A stretch of DNA of 64,000 nt from a virus, in IMG/VR virus record IMGVR_UViG_3300036773_000146, positions 32,001-96,000 of that record. One strand, given 5' to 3'. A program made the translations under genes and the position numbers. Below the pieces are notes generated by a model. That model saw nothing but the letters and a program-made list of their open reading frames with translations. It searched no databases and had not been told where the DNA came from. Below, one piece after another: positions 9,242 to 18,560 of the stretch; the stretch's first letter is position 1, and every line of letters starts with the position of its first letter.

Positions 9242-9555
9242 GAGAGCCTCCAGCTCGGGCGGAAGTCGGGGTGGTGCGGCCAGGCCATGACCATGTCGTC
9301 GAGCACGTCGCGGTAGGCCATGCGGACCATGTCGTTGGCCAGCGTGAGGTCGGCCTCGGCGCGCTCACCGCCTAGCTCGGCCGACGAGAGCCAGGGGAAC
9401 AGCTCCTTGGCCGTGGGGCCGCCGAGCAGCTCGTAGCGCCGGGCCCGGTCGAGTGTGCGGCGCTTGGCCTTGGCCTGGACGAAGTGTGCTGTTCGGTCTT
9501 CCTCGTCGAGCCGCGCGGCGATGAAGTCGATCTTCTCCAGGTAGTCCTCGCTCAC
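9238..9555 (-). CDS. DUF6221-like protein (short paralog)
   Basis: FIAARLDEE...WPHHPDFRPSWR. Confidence 0.65.
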   Translation of the reverse strand: MSEDYLEKIDFIAARLDEEDRTAHFVQAKAKRRTLDRARRYELLGGPTAKELFPWLSSAELGGERAEADLTLANDMVRMAYRDVLDDMVMAWPHHPDFRPSWRLS

Positions 9556-9815
9556 CGTTGCTCCCGATAGACGTGCGGGCGAATGCCGCTGTGCTGCTGC
9601 GCGAGTTCCTGATTGAGCCGCAGCACCGTATCGACCCACTCGAAGACGTCGTGGGTCTCCAGGTGCTGGCGCAAGATGGCCTTAAGCCATTGCCCGACCT
9701 GCGGCGCGCCATCGGCCCGGATCGGCGGGCGCTGCCGCTCGTAGGCCTCCTGGCTCAGGACCCAACCGCAGCCGTCGACCGGGCACTCGTAGACGGGGAT
9801 GTTCAGCATGCTCAC
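9552..9815 (-). CDS. C2H2-like zinc-finger protein
   Basis: CPVDGCGW...HLETH. Confidence 0.6.
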   Translation of the reverse strand: MSMLNIPVYECPVDGCGWVLSQEAYERQRPPIRADGAPQVGQWLKAILRQHLETHDVFEWVDTVLRLNQELAQQHSGIRPHVYREQR

Positions 9816-10234
9816 GGTCGCCAGCTCTCCTGGTAGTCCGGGTGGTGGGCCCAGGGCAGCGCGATCACCTGGACCGCCAGCTCCAGGGAGTCGGCCTTGA
9901 CGCTCCACGGCCGGTCCCCCGCGAGCGTGTAGTCCTCGCGGTAGTCGATCGCGTTCCTCCGCGCCTCGGCGTACAGCTCGACGAGCCTGCGCTTGGCCGC
10001 GAGGTCTTCCAGCACACGCTGCGGATCCTGGCTGGCGAAGAACTCGACGTCCGCCGGTTCGTACCAGGCCTGCCCCGTGTCGCGGGAGAAGCGGCCGTGG
10101 AAGAACGAGTCGAAGCGCGGAACCTCTCCCTCCTCGTGCGCGGCGCCCAGCGGCTTGACCGCGAGGGCCAGCCGCTCGGCGTGGTCGAGGCGGGCCAGTA
10201 CGAAGGCGACCAGCGCCTCGGCGCCGGTGCTCAC
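9812..10234 (-). CDS. DUF6221-like protein
   Basis: FVLARLD...DPQRVLEDLAAKRRLV...WAHHPDYQESWRP. Confidence 0.75.
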   Translation of the reverse strand: MSTGAEALVAFVLARLDHAERLALAVKPLGAAHEEGEVPRFDSFFHGRFSRDTGQAWYEPADVEFFASQDPQRVLEDLAAKRRLVELYAEARRNAIDYREDYTLAGDRPWSVKADSLELAVQVIALPWAHHPDYQESWRP

Positions 10235-10440
10235 AGTTCCTCGATCGTGACGCGCACGTCGTGGCCCTCGCAGCGGCCCAGCCAGCTGGTCCGGGTCAGT
10301 GTGTCGTCGCCGTTCCGCTCGTTGTCGAGCATCTCGATCACGAACGTGTTCTGGTCCACCAGGCCCTCGGTCGGATGGATCTCCACCGCCGAGATGGTGA
10401 CCAGCTTGATGGTCTCGGGGTTCACGGCGGGCTCAGCCAT
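10231..10440 (-). CDS. hypothetical protein
   Basis: GGAGG RBS, overlap. Confidence 0.55.
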   Translation of the reverse strand: MAEPAVNPETIKLVTISAVEIHPTEGLVDQNTFVIEMLDNERNGDDTLTRTSWLGRCEGHDVRVTIEEL

Positions 10441-10684
10441 GGTCTTCCTCCAGGGCGGCAGTGATGGCTTTAACGGTGTCGCAGGGCCACGCGTCGCCGG
10501 AGTGTTCGCAGACGGGCAGGGCAGATTCGTGCCAGTGGTCCTCGATCTCGATGGGCTTGTGGAGGTCGAGCACGGCACGGAGCGCGACGAACGCTTTCGG
10601 GGCTGCCCTCCGCTTGAACCCGGTCGCGGGCTCATCCGCGTACAAGTTGCCGTAGGTGTCGAGCAGTGCGCGCGGGTCAGCCAC
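10433..10684 (-). CDS. hypothetical phage protein
   Basis: LRAVLDLHKP...CEH...WPCDTV. Confidence 0.65.
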   Translation of the reverse strand: MADPRALLDTYGNLYADEPATGFKRRAAPKAFVALRAVLDLHKPIEIEDHWHESALPVCEHSGDAWPCDTVKAITAALEEDHG

Positions 10685-10922
10685 GGTCTTCCTCCCACAG
10701 CTCCAGGTACTCGGTGTGCATGTTGGGGTCGACGAGCACGACGCGGTCACCAATGATGTCGTTGCCCAGGACCCTGAACAGGCCGCCGGTGCCATGCGAG
10801 TCGATCAGCGCCTGGACGACCGAGACCTGCACGCGCGGGCAGATGATCACCCGGCGCTGCTCGTCGAGCTGCTTGGTCATCCGGTCCCAGGTGGCCATCA
10901 GCTCCTCGTAGTTCAGGCTCAC
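10677..10922 (-). CDS. hypothetical protein
   Basis: Overlap-coupled ORF. Confidence 0.55.
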   Translation of the reverse strand: MSLNYEELMATWDRMTKQLDEQRRVIICPRVQVSVVQALIDSHGTGGLFRVLGNDIIGDRVVLVDPNMHTEYLELWEEDRG

Positions 10923-11170
10923 ACCTGCTCCTCGTCGAACTCGATGAAGACGATCACGTGCTCGTCGGACGGCTTGATCTTGATCAGGTCGGACGCGGGC
11001 TCGTCGCCGTGCTTGACCTTGCCCAGCTCCACCAGCCGGTGGGTGGCGTAGGTGATGGCCAGCATCAGGTCGGTCCAGTCCGCGCCATCACCCCAGAAGC
11101 CGCCGGGCGTGGGCACATGCCACTCCACGCGCTGGCGGGTGAAGACCTTCTTCTCGATGTCGGCGGCCAT
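10919..11170 (-). CDS. hypothetical protein
   Basis: TGATG overlap. Confidence 0.6.
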   Translation of the reverse strand: MAADIEKKVFTRQRVEWHVPTPGGFWGDGADWTDLMLAITYATHRLVELGKVKHGDEPASDLIKIKPSDEHVIVFIEFDEEQV

Positions 11171-11373
11171 CAGTCCTTCACCAACTCGACCGGCCCCAGG
11201 GTGCGCTTGGCCAGCTTGCGGTAGTTCGGGATGCCCTCGAAGGTCACCGTCACGGCACGGGCGTCGGTCTCGCTCTGGCACTGGCAGAAGACCGGCGGCT
11301 CCTCACCGTCGTCGAGCACGAAGTCCCAGATCTCCTGCGGGTCGGGGTCGGCCACGAAGTACTCGTTGCTCAT
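11170..11373 (-). CDS. hypothetical protein
   Basis: ATG after start-motif variant. Confidence 0.6.
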   Translation of the reverse strand: MSNEYFVADPDPQEIWDFVLDDGEEPPVFCQCQSETDARAVTVTFEGIPNYRKLAKRTLGPVELVKD

Positions 11374-11380
11374 GATCACC

Positions 11381-11441
11381 TCTCCGGTGCGGGGTGTGGT
11401 TATACGAGACCGACCCTACCAGATTGGGTAGGGTCGGTCCA
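11381..11441 (-). promoter_or_regulatory. promoter/operator copy 5 plus start-associated motif
   Basis: TGGACC-N17-TAGGGT; 13-bp arms identical to copy 1. Confidence 0.8.
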
Positions 11442-11449
11442 GGGCTCGA

Positions 11450-11773
11450 TCAGGCGTTCAGGTCCCGTCCCAGGCACGCACGCAGCTCGCGCGCAACCCG
11501 GCGCAGACCCCACTTCTGCCCACGCTGCTCGGCCAGCGCCACCGGATCCGAAGCCGACACAGTGACCGGCCCATTGCCCTCGGTCTCCAGGCTCTCGATC
11601 ACGCTCAGGATGTTCTGCAAGGCCACGATGGCCCTGCCGCCGTGTTCGCCGCGCAGGCCGAGGAAGACCTTCACTGGTCCGGCGCCGTCGTCGGTAGGCA
11701 CCGTCAGCGTGATGTCCTCGCGGGCGTAGTCGCGCAGCCGCTGCCGCAGCTCCTCGGTGGTGGGGGCACTCAC
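11450..11773 (-). CDS. hypothetical protein
   Basis: GTGA overlap with the 50-aa ORF upstream. Confidence 0.55.
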   Translation of the reverse strand: MSAPTTEELRQRLRDYAREDITLTVPTDDGAGPVKVFLGLRGEHGGRAIVALQNILSVIESLETEGNGPVTVSASDPVALAEQRGQKWGLRRVARELRACLGRDLNA

Positions 11774-11922
11774 GCTTGCCTCGCCTTCTCGCGGTTGATC
11801 ACCTTGGCCGTGTGGCGATCGGACATGAGGTAATGCCACCGGCCGCCGGAGGTGAGCCGGAATTTGTAGCCGATCCGGACCGGCACGCCGCCGGGGAAGT
11901 AGTGCACATAATCGATCTTCAT
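11770..11922 (-). CDS. small hypothetical protein (50 aa)
   Basis: MKIDYVHYFPGG...; fills the gap with overlaps at both ends. Confidence 0.55.
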   Translation of the reverse strand: MKIDYVHYFPGGVPVRIGYKFRLTSGGRWHYLMSDRHTAKVINREKARQA

Positions 11923-12338
11923 GAGTCCTCCTGGTCAGTAGTGGGCCAGCTGTGCTCGCCGGGTTCGGCCTGCGCCGCGCGGATCTGGGCCATCCGCCGC
12001 TTGGTGTCGGCCCAGGGCACGGTATGGCTCATCGGCCGGTGTTCAGGCTCGGCGTCCTCGGTCTCGGGTTCGTCCTCGGCAATCGCGGGGATCTGGGTGG
12101 TGATCTCGGCCAGCCGGTGCTTGCCCGGCACCGGGTCGAAGCTGCCGGTCACGAGCTTGGTGTATGCCCGCCGGTCGGCCTCGTCGGCGATCTCGTCGCG
12201 TAAGGCGTCGATGGCGTTCATGGTTTCGTCGTGGTGATCCCGGGCCCGCCGCACGTGCACCGTGTAGGCGCCGAACAGCAACACCAGGAGGACTGCGATC
12301 AGGATGAGGATGATGAGCAGGCTCATGGGGCCGCTCAC
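11919..12338 (-). CDS. membrane-anchored protein
   Basis: N-terminal TM helix. Confidence 0.65.
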   Translation of the reverse strand: MSGPMSLLIILILIAVLLVLLFGAYTVHVRRARDHHDETMNAIDALRDEIADEADRRAYTKLVTGSFDPVPGKHRLAEITTQIPAIAEDEPETEDAEPEHRPMSHTVPWADTKRRMAQIRAAQAEPGEHSWPTTDQEDS

Positions 12339-12411
12339 CGCCTTTCACGGTGTGGGTGGGGACGTGGGGCCCGCAGAGGCGTTCAGAGCCTCTGCGGGCA
12401 TCTGAGAGGCT

Positions 12412-13827
12412 TTACAGCAGGGGAAGCTCGTCCCGCCCGGCTCGCTGAAGGATCAGCAGCGGCGTCAGCTCGGGGAACTGCGCGGGGGTCACGAAGGTGA
12501 TGATCTCGACCACGCGCCACCACGAGGACTCCTCCAGCGGCGGCGTGAAGTGCATCATGCTGCCCCGCTGCGGCTGCTCGGCCAGCGTCACGGGTTCCAC
12601 CTCCTGGGCGCCCACTTGCAGCTGAACGCGGTAGGTGCGCCCGGTCTTCGCCGCCACCTCGCCCTTCAACTGCTCGGCCAGCTCCTCGCGGGGCTCGGGG
12701 GTGTCGAACAGGGTCGGGTCCTCCTCGACCACCGGGCCCTGCGGCGTGGTGAACTCCGCCAGGTTGGTCAGAACCCGCGCACCGCCCAGGCCCGTCTCCT
12801 GCTCACGGGTCGGCACGAGACGCGGCTCGTCGTGGATGCGTTCGCTGGCGAAGTCCTGCACCACCGGCTTCGCGGCCTTCTCGGGCACGGCGGTCCACGT
12901 GGTGGCGGGCTCGACCGGGTCCCAGGTCAGCTGCGCGGGGGTCACGAACCGCTCCGGCACGTTGAAGGTCTCAGCGAGGGACTCCGGCTTGACGTAGTCC
13001 AGCGAGTCACGCTCCCACGCCTGCTGGTCTGCGCGCAGGTGCGCAGTGCTGTTGGACTTGCGGCTCTGGTTGTTGAAGTACTGAAGAGCCCGGGTGAACG
13101 ACTCGTAGGTGAGGGCCTCGGTGGGCGGCTCAGGCGGGGTCACGACCTTCGTGGAGTCGGCGAGTTCCTGCTCCAGGATCTTCCGGCGCTGGCGCACGGC
13201 GTCGATAGCATCCTGGCTCGCCACCCAGCTCAGCTCCGCCTTCTGGGCGGCCTGGTACATCCACACGTCGTCGCGGGTGATGCCGATCAACGCCACGATC
13301 TGGGTGAGGCGCGGGTACCCGCTGATTTCGGGGATCGTGGTGTAGATCAGGCCCGCCAGCCCGTCGATCCTTGTCTCGGCCTGGTGCCAGATCTTCTTCG
13401 GCAGCATGCCGAGCAGCTGGTGCTCCACGGAGGTGTACGGCGGGTTCTGCTTGACGGCGTAGGCCGGGGTCTGGTGCCGCTTCTCCAGCCGCTCCTTCAT
13501 CTCGGCCATGGCCTCACTACCAGAGAGGCGCTGCTCCTGCTGGGCCTTGGAGCTGGCCGTCTGGGCATCGAGCAGGGTCGTGGCGCGCTTGAGCACCGGT
13601 GCGTCCTCACCGTGGTAGGCGGCCACCAGGCCGAGCAGCGCGCTGTTCAGGGTGATGCCCGGCAGGTGGTACTTCGGCTCGATGTCCTTGAGTGCCGACA
13701 CCGGCCCGCGCCGGTTCACCTGGTCCTGCCAGTCCTGGGGCAGGACGGTGATGACCTCCTGCTGGGCCAGGGTGAAGGGCCACTGCTGGTCACCGCCGGG
13801 CGTGGGGTGGTTCGTTTCGTGGTTCAT
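12412..13827 (-). CDS. large hypothetical protein
   Basis: 471-aa ORF with AT-rich upstream region. Confidence 0.7.
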   Translation of the reverse strand: MNHETNHPTPGGDQQWPFTLAQQEVITVLPQDWQDQVNRRGPVSALKDIEPKYHLPGITLNSALLGLVAAYHGEDAPVLKRATTLLDAQTASSKAQQEQRLSGSEAMAEMKERLEKRHQTPAYAVKQNPPYTSVEHQLLGMLPKKIWHQAETRIDGLAGLIYTTIPEISGYPRLTQIVALIGITRDDVWMYQAAQKAELSWVASQDAIDAVRQRRKILEQELADSTKVVTPPEPPTEALTYESFTRALQYFNNQSRKSNSTAHLRADQQAWERDSLDYVKPESLAETFNVPERFVTPAQLTWDPVEPATTWTAVPEKAAKPVVQDFASERIHDEPRLVPTREQETGLGGARVLTNLAEFTTPQGPVVEEDPTLFDTPEPREELAEQLKGEVAAKTGRTYRVQLQVGAQEVEPVTLAEQPQRGSMMHFTPPLEESSWWRVVEIITFVTPAQFPELTPLLILQRAGRDELPLL

Positions 13828-13902
13828 GCGCCGCTCCAATGGAGTCTTATCCGGTGAGAAAAGCAGAACAAATGCGTGGTATTTAGTGGTGAATATATAT
13901 GA

Positions 13903-14334
13903 TCATTCCTGGGCATTGGTGGCGTGCAGGTGCGCGGTATCCTCCTCGGTGAGGGGCTGCCACTTGCCGCCGTTGCGGATCCGGCCCTCCCACGTCCAGG
14001 TGGCACCGTCCAGGATCAGCACGGGTGGCTGACTGATCCGCGCCCGGCGCACGTCGTGGGTGACGACGAGGACCAGGTCTCCCCGCCGGGTGAGCACCCC
14101 GGCCTCCCGCAGGCCTTCCACCCGGGTCTGCTGGGCTCGGGGCACCGGTTGCAGGGCGCGGGCGTGTGGGTAGGCGAGGACCTGGTGGTCCCGCAGCCGG
14201 TCCAGGGCGTCGGCCTTGTCGCGGGCCAGGACGTAGAAGCGGCCCTTGTACCGGCCGGTTCCGCCCAGGGCCGCCGTGACGGCGTCCGGCAGGGTGGCCG
14301 CCGTGTCGAAGTTGGTGAAGACGGTGAGGGCCAT
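13903..14334 (-). CDS. hypothetical protein (paralog of 16895-17287)
   Basis: GRFYVLA...LREAGVL..RG. Confidence 0.65.
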   Translation of the reverse strand: MALTVFTNFDTAATLPDAVTAALGGTGRYKGRFYVLARDKADALDRLRDHQVLAYPHARALQPVPRAQQTRVEGLREAGVLTRRGDLVLVVTHDVRRARISQPPVLILDGATWTWEGRIRNGGKWQPLTEEDTAHLHATNAQE

Positions 14335-14360
14335 CTGGGGCCGCCCTTCTCGTGGTGGGG

Positions 14361-14594
14361 TCATGCCGCCCGGCGGGCCTTGTGCGCGCAGTGGCGGCAC
14401 AGGGGTAGGCTGCGGATGTCTCGGGCCGGTCCCCGCCGGGTGCGCGGCGGGTAGATTTTGCCGATGGCCTTCTGGGTGTAGACCTCGATGGGCTTGCGCA
14501 GGCCTTCGGTGCACAGGGCCGACCCGATGCCGTCGCCGTTGACGGCGCGAGCGAGGTGCCGCTTGGTTTGCAGCAGGTTGGCCGTGTCGATCAC
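14361..14594 (-). CDS. Cys-containing hypothetical protein
   Basis: HLA...SALC...LCRHC. Confidence 0.55.
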   Translation of the reverse strand: MIDTANLLQTKRHLARAVNGDGIGSALCTEGLRKPIEVYTQKAIGKIYPPRTRRGPARDIRSLPLCRHCAHKARRAA

Positions 14595-14779
14595 TCGTCA
14601 CGCTCGATCTCGTCGGCGATGGAGTGGATCCACGTCCACATGGCTCCGGCGCCCTGGGAGTTCGCAAGGACGCGCAAGGCGGCGGTGGCCGCAGCCTCAG
14701 CCTCTCCGAGATGGGCCCGGTGGTGCTCGTCGATGGCGTTCCGTGTCGCGCGGACCACCCGCTTGGACAGGTCGCTCAC
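14591..14779 (-). CDS. hypothetical protein
   Basis: GTGA overlaps. Confidence 0.5.
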   Translation of the reverse strand: MSDLSKRVVRATRNAIDEHHRAHLGEAEAAATAALRVLANSQGAGAMWTWIHSIADEIERDE

Positions 14780-15012
14780 CACGACCCCTCCTCGTGCACA
14801 TCGCCATTGTCGTGCTGTGTCACGAAGTGCGTGGTGGCCATCACCATCGCGGCCGTCCAGGCGTCGGCCCACACAGCTGTCGTGACGCGGTTCGGGGCAC
14901 CGGCGGAATGCTGGCACGCCCACACCCAACAGCCCGCGATCTTGAACACGCGCGGCCGGGGCCACGTCGTCAGGTTCTCCGGCACGGCGGCTTCATCCGG
15001 CAGCTCGCTCAT
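14776..15012 (-). CDS. hypothetical protein
   Basis: ATGA overlap. Confidence 0.5.
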   Translation of the reverse strand: MSELPDEAAVPENLTTWPRPRVFKIAGCWVWACQHSAGAPNRVTTAVWADAWTAAMVMATTHFVTQHDNGDVHEEGSW

Positions 15013-15308
15013 GACTCGGCATCCAGGATGATGCGCGCACGCGCCACGTTTTCGTGGGCCGTGTAGCGGCGATCTTCCAGCACGTCGCGGATCGCGAGCA
15101 GCAGCTGGTCCCAATGTGCGAGAGCGGCGGACAGGTCGTCGATCCGTGCCAGCAGCCCGGCTACCGGGCCCAGCCGCACGGCGTCGGCGGGTAGCTCGGA
15201 CAGGTACGCCGATGCGCTGCGCCCGACGCGGTAGTAGCCACGTACTGGACCGGATTCAAGAACTCCGTGCTTCGGGCTCCACCACAGCTCGGGCGCCTCA
15301 TCGCTCAT
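15009..15308 (-). CDS. hypothetical protein
   Basis: ATGA overlap. Confidence 0.55.
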   Translation of the reverse strand: MSDEAPELWWSPKHGVLESGPVRGYYRVGRSASAYLSELPADAVRLGPVAGLLARIDDLSAALAHWDQLLLAIRDVLEDRRYTAHENVARARIILDAES

Positions 15309-15514
15309 CGGTGAACTCCTTCGAGGACTTCGGCGAGTTCGTCGATCTCTTCCTGGTGCCACCACTTGTCGGGGCGCTCAGCCATCTCCCGCAGCGCTGC
15401 TGCGATCCCCTTCCCCGTCGAGCAATCGGCGCCCAGGTTCGTCGCGTTGTTGCCCATCGCGTCATCGGTCGCCTTGACCATGCGCTCGGCCCAGGACTTG
15501 AACAGGTCGCTCAT
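15305..15514 (-). CDS. hypothetical protein
   Basis: ATGA overlap, GAGGAG RBS. Confidence 0.55.
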   Translation of the reverse strand: MSDLFKSWAERMVKATDDAMGNNATNLGADCSTGKGIAAALREMAERPDKWWHQEEIDELAEVLEGVHR

Positions 15515-16140
15515 CGGGCGGACTCCTCATCCTCCTCGTCGACCAGGCTCACCATCTCCGTGCTCGGCTTACGCTCGACGGCGGCTGTCGCCAGCTTCGG
15601 CGGGTCGGCGGTCGGGTTCGCTTCGAGCCACATCCGAGCACGCTCTGAGATCGGCGTGCCCTCGCGGGGTTCCGCAGAGGCGGCCGGACCCAGGTAGTCA
15701 TCGCTCTCCAGACAGCCGCTTAAGCATCGGCAGCATCCGCCGCACGGCCCTTGGTAGTCGGCCATTCCGCCGCATGTCCCGAGCTTGCAAGCACCGATCG
15801 CGCACGACTTCGCAGGGGCGGCAGCGGGGCGGGCGAGGATGGCGCGGATACGGCTCAGGAAGCGCGGCCCGTAGCTGGTGCTGGTGTCGACCTGGAATCG
15901 AGCCCGGGTGGCCGCGTCTTCGGCGAGCACCTTGTTGATCTCGTCGAGCCTCGCCCGGGCCTCGTCACGCTCGGCGCGGACGTTCGCCGCCGCCTCAACG
16001 AGGCCGTGCCACGGATCGGCTATCGAGAGACCGAGTGCGCCGAAGACGCGGCCGTACAGTTCCGTGCTCGCGATCTGCTCCTCCCGGAGCTTCGTCTCTG
16101 CGGCATCGTCGCGGGCAGGCTCGGTGGGCTCGTCGCTCAT
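15511..16140 (-). CDS. coiled-coil protein with Cys-rich segment
   Basis: CAIGACKLGTC...CGGCCRCLSGC. Confidence 0.6.
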   Translation of the reverse strand: MSDEPTEPARDDAAETKLREEQIASTELYGRVFGALGLSIADPWHGLVEAAANVRAERDEARARLDEINKVLAEDAATRARFQVDTSTSYGPRFLSRIRAILARPAAAPAKSCAIGACKLGTCGGMADYQGPCGGCCRCLSGCLESDDYLGPAASAEPREGTPISERARMWLEANPTADPPKLATAAVERKPSTEMVSLVDEEDEESAR

Positions 16141-16142
16141 GA

Positions 16143-16559
16143 TCACCATTCCCTGTTGGTCGGTACGGACGGGGTTGTCGTGGTCGTGCCGGGCGGGTTG
16201 GGCACGGCCGCCGTGAGCGGACCCAGGCCCATGACCAGTTGCTGCGTGGTCCTGGTCTGGTGCCAGGAGTTCACGCAGTGCCAGAGGCCGTCGACCAGCT
16301 CCCAGCCGAGGCGGTGCCGGTCACGGGCGTAGGTGAGCCCCTCGGGGATCTCTTCGATCGTGCTGAAGGTCTTGAACGTCCAGGAAGCGTTCATGACCTT
16401 CTTCGCGTGGTGCACGGTCGCGTCCACCAGCCGCTGCACCTCGCCGTAGTCGTAGCAGCGGGGGAAACCCGCCGCGTCGTGCTCGCACGGCAGGCTGTTG
16501 ACGATGCCCGTGCAGCGGGGCTTGTGCGGATGCCGCACTCTCTCACTCGACGTGGTCAT
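16143..16559 (-). CDS. hypothetical protein
   Basis: Operon packing. Confidence 0.55.
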   Translation of the reverse strand: MTTSSERVRHPHKPRCTGIVNSLPCEHDAAGFPRCYDYGEVQRLVDATVHHAKKVMNASWTFKTFSTIEEIPEGLTYARDRHRLGWELVDGLWHCVNSWHQTRTTQQLVMGLGPLTAAVPNPPGTTTTTPSVPTNREW

Positions 16560-16893
16560 CAGACCCCTTCTGGTAAACGGTCCCCTCGTGGCCGGTGCCG
16601 ATGAGGTACCGGCCCAGGTAGGCGCGCTGCTCCTCGGGGAGCCCGGCCGCCGAGTCGCAGAGCATCTCGGCGGTCAGGCGGGCCGAGGTGATGACTCGCT
16701 CCCGGTCGTCGGCCTGGGCCTGGTCGGTCATGGAGCGCAACAACGTGTCAAGGTGCCCCACACCGATCTGCCGGGCGAGCACGATGCTGTGGTCGAAGAG
16801 CCTGCCCAGGGACGCGGGATACTCGGTCAGCGCCGCGAGGTGGTACTGCTCGGACTCGGCGTGCAGAGCCAGCAGCTCGGCATAGAGGCCCAT
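16543..16893 (-). CDS. hypothetical protein
   Basis: GAGGAGG RBS. Confidence 0.6.
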   Translation of the reverse strand: MGLYAELLALHAESEQYHLAALTEYPASLGRLFDHSIVLARQIGVGHLDTLLRSMTDQAQADDRERVITSARLTAEMLCDSAAGLPEEQRAYLGRYLIGTGHEGTVYQKGSDDHVE

Positions 16894-16894
16894 C

Positions 16895-17287
16895 TCAACC
16901 CTCCTCGGGGATGAAGACGATCTCGCGGGACTTCGCGTCGTACTCGAAGTAGCCGATGGTCGCCCAGCCGCTGCCGGTGAACGTGACCACCCGCGAGTGA
17001 CTGTGGCTCCGGTGCACGATGACCTCGCCAGGCGTGGCCAAAAAGCCAGCGTCGCGCAGCCGCTGCGCGTCGTTGTGGAGGTGGGCCAGCACGCTCAGGT
17101 GGCGTGGGCTGTCCACGAAGGCGATCCCGACTCGCTCGGCCAGCTCGACGGCCTGCACTGCGGTGTGGGCGACGAGGTACCAGTTGCCCTGCTCACCGTG
17201 GCGCGTGGCCCCCACCAGCGCCTCGGTGCCGCGCGGGAGGTAGCTCTGACGGTGGTCCTTGTGCACGTAGACCTTAAGCTGCGACAT
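16895..17287 (-). CDS. hypothetical protein (paralog of 13903-14334)
   Basis: GNWYLVA...LRDAGFL..PG. Confidence 0.65.
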   Translation of the reverse strand: MSQLKVYVHKDHRQSYLPRGTEALVGATRHGEQGNWYLVAHTAVQAVELAERVGIAFVDSPRHLSVLAHLHNDAQRLRDAGFLATPGEVIVHRSHSHSRVVTFTGSGWATIGYFEYDAKSREIVFIPEEG

Positions 17288-17289
17288 GA

Positions 17290-17538
17290 TCAGTTCTCCT
17301 CGGTGGTGAGCCCGGCGGCGTGCAGGAAGGCAGTCACGCGGTACTCGGCCTCGGCCTGCGCCTCGGCGACGGTGGGGTAGACGGTGTGCGGGTAACGCTT
17401 ACCCGGCAGGGTGGTCTCGACGTCGAAGCGCTCGCTGCCGACAGCCTGCACGTAAGCCACCGGCACGGTGCCAAGCAGACCGACATCGCGAGGGGTGCCA
17501 CCGGAGGTGCGCCCGCTGGTCCAGGTGAGCTGCAACAT
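17290..17538 (-). CDS. hypothetical protein
   Basis: ATG after start motif. Confidence 0.65.
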   Translation of the reverse strand: MLQLTWTSGRTSGGTPRDVGLLGTVPVAYVQAVGSERFDVETTLPGKRYPHTVYPTVAEAQAEAEYRVTAFLHAAGLTTEEN

Positions 17539-17546
17539 GATCTTGA

Positions 17547-17605
17547 CCTCCGGTGCGGTCTGGAACTGATAACACCACCCTACCCGATCAGGTAGGGTGG
17601 TGCAA
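17547..17605 (-). promoter_or_regulatory. promoter/operator copy 6 plus start-associated motif
   Basis: TTGCAC-N17-TAGGGT; palindrome 17580-17595. Confidence 0.85.
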
Positions 17606-17609
17606 GGGG

Positions 17610-17822
17610 TCAGGCCTGGTCGGCGAACTTCTGCGCAGCAACCTTGGCGTCGTGCATCGTGCGCGCCGAGTCGTAGGAGATCAGGTTGCGGGTCGGCAGG
17701 GTCCAGATGCGCAGGTCCCACAGGTCGTTCGCGATCTTGTCGATCGCGAAGCTGTGCGTGTCAGTGCGGGCGTAGTAGGTACCGGACCAGGCCTGGCGGG
17801 TATATGTGAGCTTCACGATCAT
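17610..17822 (-). CDS. hypothetical protein
   Basis: Follows start motif at 17823-17834 (GTG at 17816 may be the true start). Confidence 0.6.
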   Translation of the reverse strand: MIVKLTYTRQAWSGTYYARTDTHSFAIDKIANDLWDLRIWTLPTRNLISYDSARTMHDAKVAAQKFADQA

Positions 17823-17866
17823 CCTCCGGTGCGGACGGGGGCGACCGGATGGCCGCCCCAGTTGGA

Positions 17867-18067
17867 TCAGTCGCAGAGCCTAGAGACGAGTTCCAGCCGA
17901 GCCGGGTCCGCGCCCAGCACCCGGCCGTCGCGGTTCCAGCGGACCGGAATTTCGTCCGGCTGGACGCTAATCTCGCTCCACTTGAGCGCAGGGTCCAGCT
18001 GGACGACTACGCCCACCTCATCGAGATCGGTGTGCCGGACCGTCATGCCCTCGGCAAACTCGATCAT
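17867..18067 (-). CDS. small SH3-like barrel protein
   Basis: FAEGMTVRH...GVVV...VRW. Confidence 0.6.
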   Translation of the reverse strand: MIEFAEGMTVRHTDLDEVGVVVQLDPALKWSEISVQPDEIPVRWNRDGRVLGADPARLELVSRLCD

Positions 18068-18363
18068 TTCGACCTCTCCTCGGTAGCGGGGTGTAGCTCG
18101 ACGTGGGCGTCCGAGGTCTTGATCCCCGGCGGCTGGCCTGGTTACCAGCCGCCCGTCTCTCCCTGTCAGTTCTCGCGGATGTCGCTCAGGTCATCCCAGG
18201 CGAGCCACCCTGCCTCGCCGTCTTCCCACCGGGCCAGCACCACAAACCGGCGCTCTTCCAGGATCTCGACGATCTGGTCGTTGTCGAACGTGGCAATCTT
18301 GGTCATGATCGGTTTCCTTCCCGGTCGGACCGGGGGCGACCGGGTGGCCGCCCCCGCTGGGGC

Positions 18364-18555
18364 TCAGGCGCAGTTCCACCACAGGCGGTCGCCCAGCTCG
18401 GTGAGCAGGTCCACCAGCACCGTCCGGCGGTCCGACTGATCCAGGCCGATCAACTCGCCGTAGGCGATCTTCTGCTCGTACCCCGCGATGTGCTCGCGGA
18501 GTTCGGCGATGTTGGCCGCGTTGGCGGCGAGCGGGTGGCGGGTGGTGTTCGACAT
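18364..18555 (-). CDS. hypothetical protein
   Basis: ATG after start motif. Confidence 0.6.
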   Translation of the reverse strand: MSNTTRHPLAANAANIAELREHIAGYEQKIAYGELIGLDQSDRRTVLVDLLTELGDRLWWNCA

Positions 18556-18560
18556 CTTGA

